DNA of 64,000 nt, taken from NCBI GenBank assembly GCA_964016885.1, contig OZ024742.1:351168001-351232000 (forward strand). Direction: 5' to 3'. The notes below the pieces were generated by a model. It was given only the letters and a program-made list of their open reading frames with translations, had not been told where the DNA came from and made no database searches. Position 1 is the first letter of the stretch. Each line of letters starts with the position of its first letter. Source of the DNA: Eledone cirrhosa (taxonomy: Eukaryota). Below are positions 58,616 through 64,000 of the stretch, one piece after another. The position numbers were made by a program, and so were the translations under genes.

Positions 58616-58620
<5 letters not shown>
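57391..58620 (+). mobile_element. Second retrozyme-like element (5'-truncated repeat + spacer + full repeat)
   Basis: 57391-57612 is repeated at ~58397-58620 (period ~1006); spacer homologous to 25400-25590 and internally duplicated; hammerhead at 58309-58434 (TTCCA-CTGACGA..GAAAC-AATT-GTT-TGGAA). Confidence 0.75.
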
Positions 58621-58669
<49 letters not shown>

Positions 58670-58710
58670 AACAGGAGGCTGGACTTGTGTAAATATTTGA
58701 AAGGTTTATT

Positions 58711-58768
58711 ATACTATGATCATTTCAATGACCGGGTTCCGTATGAATCCGGTGATATCATCAGGTAT
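58711..58768 (-). ncRNA. Type I hammerhead ribozyme
   Basis: Minus strand ATAC-CTGATGA-TATC-ACCGGATTC/GAACCCGGT-CATT-GAAA-TGATCA-TA-GTAT-AATAAA. Confidence 0.75.
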
Positions 58769-58873
58769 TCGAAATAAAATAAATGAATGTAACAGATAAA
58801 ATCCATGGGGCTGAAAATCATAGACCCGAGGACGACCGACTATCTACTATCTTACACTTTAGCCGGTCTTCCT

Positions 58874-58934
<61 letters not shown>

Positions 58935-59313
58935 AAAAGAGTCAGACCCCGACGACTGAGCTCCGACCGTTTCGACAGCTAGATACGATTGGATCTAGAA
59001 ACAAGGAAAAGAATGACTTCACTTGTAGTTCTAAATAATTTGATTTAATTTTATAATAATATGAGTTGTAGATCTAGTAAGTTCTTTGTTAACTTTGGTG
59101 GGAGGATATTTAGAGATTCCTGGTTAACCTTCCTGGAGAACTTTCTCGCATTCATCGGTGGCGATTGTCAAACTGAGATCAAGTTGTGTTGTGATGTGTG
59201 ACTCTATATATAAGAGATATTTGGATCTTTCTTAGGGGTAGGGTGCGGTGTTAATGAGTGTGGGAGTGAAGTATGGTTGATGAAGATTTAAAGGAATTAA
59301 AGCATACACATAT

Positions 59314-59344
<31 letters not shown>

Positions 59345-59504
59345 CACACTTATACTCTTATAGTCACACATCACAACACACCCTGATCTCAGTTTGATAA
59401 TCGCGACCGACGAATACGAGAAAGTTCTCCAGGAAAGATAACCAAGAATCTCTAACATTCTTCCCACCGAAGTTAACGCAGAACTTATTAGATTTACCAA
59501 CTCA

Positions 59505-60599
59505 TCTATATATATAAAACTGTGGTTGTCTGTCTGTCTATCGATTTTTGGCACACATCTCCTCTTAGAATCTCTCACGGAATTGCACCGAAATTGCTAT
59601 ACTTGTACATTGAGCCCTAGCGAAGACATCGGAAAACAAACATTTCAAATTGACCCACCCTATGTGACGAAATCGAATATAATGTATCGATTTTTGAGCG
59701 TAAGTTATCAGTTATTTCCCTTTGTTCTGTTTACATTGAGCGTCTTACGTAAAAAATTACGCTGGCTTTCTCAGCGTTTAAAATGACATTAACACAATAC
59801 ACGAACAGACAGTTGTCGAGCCAGCAAAATATTGACCTGCAAAATTCATCAGTTCGAACACTAAGCTTCCGTTTTGCTTCATTTCCATTTAAAAGCATTT
59901 TAAAACAATATTTTTACTTGAAAACAAGTCTATTTAAAGACTACGTAAAACAAGCGAATATTTCGTCGTTAGTCGTGCAGACAGACAGTCGTGCAGACAG
60001 ACAGTCGTGCAGACAGACAGTCGTGCAGACAGACAGTCGTGCAGAGAGGTGATATACGCGTGCAGACAGACAGTCGTGCAGAGAGGTGATATAGGCGTGC
60101 AGACAGACAGTCGTGCAGAGAGGTGATATAGGCGTGCAGACAGACAGTCGTGCAGAGAGGTGATATAGGCGTGCAGACAGACAGTCGTGCAGAGAGGTGA
60201 TATAGGCGTGCAGACAGACAGTCGTGCAGAGAGGTGATATAGGCGTGCAGACAGACAGTCGTGCAGAGAGGTGATATAGGCGTGCAGACAGACATAACTG
60301 ATAATTTGGTTACGCTAATGTTTTTCTCTGCGTTGCAGTGTTTACATTTTCGATCTTTGTTAATAAATAACCAGTGCAGTTTCTATCCCCAGCATCCTCT
60401 TTTGTTATAACATTCGGGTTATCGTTATGTTTTCTTAACTTCATAAGGCATATTGTTGGTTGAGGGAATATTAATCAAAAACACCACATGCAAGTCTGCT
60501 CAGTAGACACTACAGTTTTTAAGCCAAAAAAGAAACTTAACATTGTAACTTTAACACAGCTACTGAGCGACCCCGAGCAACGCCGGGCTTTACTGCTAG
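59505..60599 (+). mobile_element. Non-autonomous Helitron
   Basis: 5' TCTATATATATAAAAC, subterminal hairpin CCCG(AGCAACGC)CGGG, 3' CTAG, inserted between A and T without TSD; empty site visible in the mirrored arm. Confidence 0.88.
59971..60294. repeat. Minisatellite: 16-bp units then ~7 x 37-bp units
   Basis: GTCGTGCAGACAGACA repeats, then GTCGTGCAGAGAGGTGATATAGGCGTGCAGACAGACA repeats. Confidence 0.95.
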
Positions 60600-60979
60600 T
60601 AATATTATAAAATTAAATCAAATGGTTTAGAACTACCAGTGAAGTCATTATTTTCCTTTTTTTCAAATATACCTAAGAGTACCAAGGATTTCACACATTT
60701 CCCAATATATATATATATATATATATTATATACAATTATAGATTAATATGTAACGTACTTAATCATATTGTCTGACATTAGTATAATGTAATCAAACCTA
60801 CAGCCAGCTCTAATATAAAATAAAAAAAATGTCATTAGAAGCAGCATCATAAACATTCACGATGTTCTTATACCATTGCGTCTGTATACTCGTACAAACA
60901 CGCATCATGTGGATACATTTATACATGTCTAGACAGCATCTTAACCTTGAATTTATTAAATATATATGTATAATATATA

Positions 60980-61019
<40 letters not shown>

Positions 61020-61038
61020 CATACATAATACATACATC

Positions 61039-61173
<135 letters not shown>

Positions 61174-61849
61174 TTATATATATATATATATAAAAGAGAT
61201 TTATTGATGATTCCAAACGAATGAAATAGTTATATTCCTGTATAAGTTATGTTTTTATAATCTGCCAACGTAATGAGTATATTTTACCCTTGGCCACCTC
61301 CCGATTGAACAAGCGAAGTCGCAGAATTTAACTTCAATTAGAGTTACCTGCTATGAAATAGATAAGATTCGAATAAACACGGTACTAATGTTGCCAGCGG
61401 CCAATTTGAAAAGGGAACTACGTGTCTCCGGGTGATGAGGTGTAAGATCCTTTGTAGTCGACGCAGAGGTGTCTAAGACAGATTCTATGAGATAGAAACA
61501 GCCAGAAATTGAAGAAAACTCACTACCCAAATATTCACTTCCATCTTCAAAAATCAGATCATCTAGTTCTAATTGTATGAAAAATAGTGATAGTATCTCG
61601 GGAAAAACGTTGTCCTAGAATTGTACAATAGATGCGGAATTAATTAATTAATAAACTATTACTTACCTTTTTATTCAAAAGAAATATGCATCATATATAT
61701 TTCTTATTGGTATTTACACACAATTTTTAATTTAAATTCCAAGCCATTTCAAATGGTTTACTCACCTATAAAGAAAGATATTAGCCTGTTACATACTCGA
61801 CATGTAATTATGTTAATCTTTTTTTATCCTGAAATAATGAGAGTATTAT

Positions 61850-63272
61850 AATATAATAATAATAATGATAATGAAATGATTGTGTACAGTGCTCAACTGC
61901 ATTACAACTCGTCAAAGGTGCATGTATAGTACATAGAATAACATACAAATGTCAGGGAAGTGAATAGTGTATGAGTCATGATATACATGTGTGTATGTGT
62001 ATGGAGGTAGACGATTAGGTGTAGTGTTGGCGAATCTCAGGAAGCATGGAGGTTTTAAAGGATGCAGTGTCTCGACAGCTAACAACTGATGCAGGTAGTT
62101 TGTTCCATGCTTCAGCATCTCTGAGCGTGAAGAAATGTTTCCGAAAGTCATGGGAGCTGTGCTGTTTTCTGACTTTGTTGGCATGCCCATGTGTGTTAGA
62201 CACGTGGAAATCAAAAAGGTACTCAGGGTTGTTGTTGGCAAGAAGGTTAATGATTTTGTGAGTGTTTACCAAGTCAGTGGCCCGACGTCGGAGCATCAAA
62301 GTATCCATGCCCAGGGAAGCAAGGCGTTCAGAGTATGGTAGATGCCTGATGGAGGGTATTGGTTGCACGTCTCTGAACAGTTTCCGGGCGGTCAATGTTC
62401 TGGGCAAGATAGGGGTTCCAGACTGGTGATGCAAATTCTAAGTGGGGCCGCATCATAATTATATACAACTTTAAATAGATAGATGGAGAGCGGCTGACAA
62501 AGGTCTTGCTGAGTGATGCTAAGGCACCCTGGGGTTCTTGACAATTTTAGAGACGTGCTTCGTTCAACGCAAATCGCTGCTGGCCGTAATGCCCAGGTCA
62601 CCTTCACAAGAAGACTTCTTGGTATTAGTGTTGTAGAGGGAGTATGTGGACGGTGGGTTTTTACTCCCAAAACGCATGGTGGTACACTTCTCCACAGCTA
62701 GCTTGAGTTGCCAGTCTGTGATCCATTGTTGCATTGTGTCTAGATCAGATTGCAGGCAAGATCTATAGTGTTCAGGATCTGTTCTTTTTATCTCAAGGTA
62801 CAGCTTGAAGTTATCTGCATATTTCAGTACTGTGGCATTCTTTAAGTTGGCATCTGTGTCATTAATATATGCCACAAACAAAACGGGGCGAATAACGCAT
62901 TCCTGTCGTACACCTGATAACATCTCATATGGTGAGGAATACTGTCCTCGAACCCTGACTACTTCTGCGACTGAGAATGAAGGACTTCAACCAGTTAAAA
63001 ATATCATTCTTCACACACATTGCGGTGTTTTGCCATAAGTTTTTGTGTGGCACATAATTGAAAGCTTAAGCAAAGTCAAGGTAAACAACATCCACCCATG
63101 GGCCGCCATCAGTGATCCGGGTGATGTCTTCAAGAAAATCAATAAGTTGATCACAGCAGCTGGAGTTAGGGATATATATGAATTGCGAGGGCCGGATAAG
63201 ACTGTGAGAGTTCCAGAAGTTCCAGAAGCGTTTCTCTCACACAGTTTTCCATCAGTTTGGCAATGCAGCTAG
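61850..63272 (-). pseudogene. 3' portion of CR1/L2-group LINE reverse transcriptase
   Basis: SGVRQECVIRPVLFVAYIND, KYADNFKLY, LQSDLD..W..WQLKL..KC, DLGI, YSERL..LG, HGH..KV.K..RKHFFTLR..WNKLP; (TTA)n-like tail. Confidence 0.88.
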
Positions 63273-63276
63273 TAAG

Positions 63277-64000
63277 ACATCTACGGTAACATCTACTGTA
63301 ACATCTACGGTAACACCTACGGTAACATCTCCGGTAACATCTACGTGGTAACATCTACGTGGTAACATCTACGTGGTAACATCTACGTGGTAACATCTAC
63401 TGTAACATTTCCGGTAACATCTACGTGGTAACATCTACGTGGTAACATCTACGTGGTAACATCTACGGTAACATCTACGTGGTAACATCTACGTGGTAAC
63501 ATCTACGTGGTAACATCTACGTGGTAACATCTACGTGGTAACATCTACGTGGTAACATCTACGGTAACATCTACGGTAACATCTACGTGGTAACATCTAC
63601 GGTAACATCTACGGTAACATCTACGGTAACATATACGGTAACATCTACGGTAACATCTACGGTAACATCTACGGTAACATCTACTGTAACATCTACGGTA
63701 ACATCTACTGTAACATCTACGGTAACATCTACGGTAACATCTACGGTATCATCTACTGTAACATCTACGGTATCATCTACGGTATCATCTACGGTAACAT
63801 CTACTGTAACATCTACGGTAACATCTACGGTAACATCTACGGTATCATCTACTGTAACATCTACGGTATCATCTACGGTATCATCTACGGTAACATCTAC
63901 GGTAACATCGACGGTATCATCTACGGTAACATCTACGGTAACATCGACGTTATCATCTACGGTAACATCTACTGTAACATCTACGGTAACATCTACGGTA
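63277..64000. repeat. 12/14-bp minisatellite running off the window end
   Basis: ACATCTACGGTA units with ACATCTACGTGGTA, ACATCTACTGTA and TCATCTACGGTA variants. Confidence 0.97.

Larger units (their letters stand above)
58996..60705 (+). mobile_element. Foldback element whose right arm is interrupted by a Helitron
   Basis: 58996-59205 is the reverse complement of 59360-59504 joined to 60600-60665. Confidence 0.75.

Noticed and set aside
59971-60294. 37-bp repeats as a CRISPR array
   Set aside because: Contiguous tandem units, no unique spacers, no cas genes, eukaryotic context.

Overview
AT-rich eukaryotic, intergenic/intronic-looking DNA; repeat content resembles a mollusc, probably an octopus-type genome (inference). 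No host gene is recognisable, and nearly all short ORFs in the track are translations of (TA)n/(CA)n microsatellites. The window is dominated by Penelope-like retroelements (PLEs) and non-autonomous derivatives inserted into (TA)n. These include a 5'-truncated, still open RT+GIY-YIG frame (6589-8487) inside a 9.2-kb inverted repeat, a 3-copy ~3.0-kb tandem array of a defective PLE with an inverted head (13471-22750), a third Nematis-like relic, a decayed Neptune-like PLE, and about ten small foldback elements. It also holds two SINE families, RTE and CR1-type LINE fragments, a non-autonomous Helitron and two minisatellites. The most striking unannotated signal, folded by eye, is about 20 type I hammerhead ribozyme motifs. 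Many have an expanded, often branched stem II (55-115 nt) with compensatory changes between copies, two unrelated ones carry the compensatory U3-A8 core (UUGAAAA), and one family forms retrozyme-like repeat-spacer-repeat units of 760/1006 nt. About 14 insertions share one architecture: a short inverted arm plus a longer arm with a ~40-140 bp tail.
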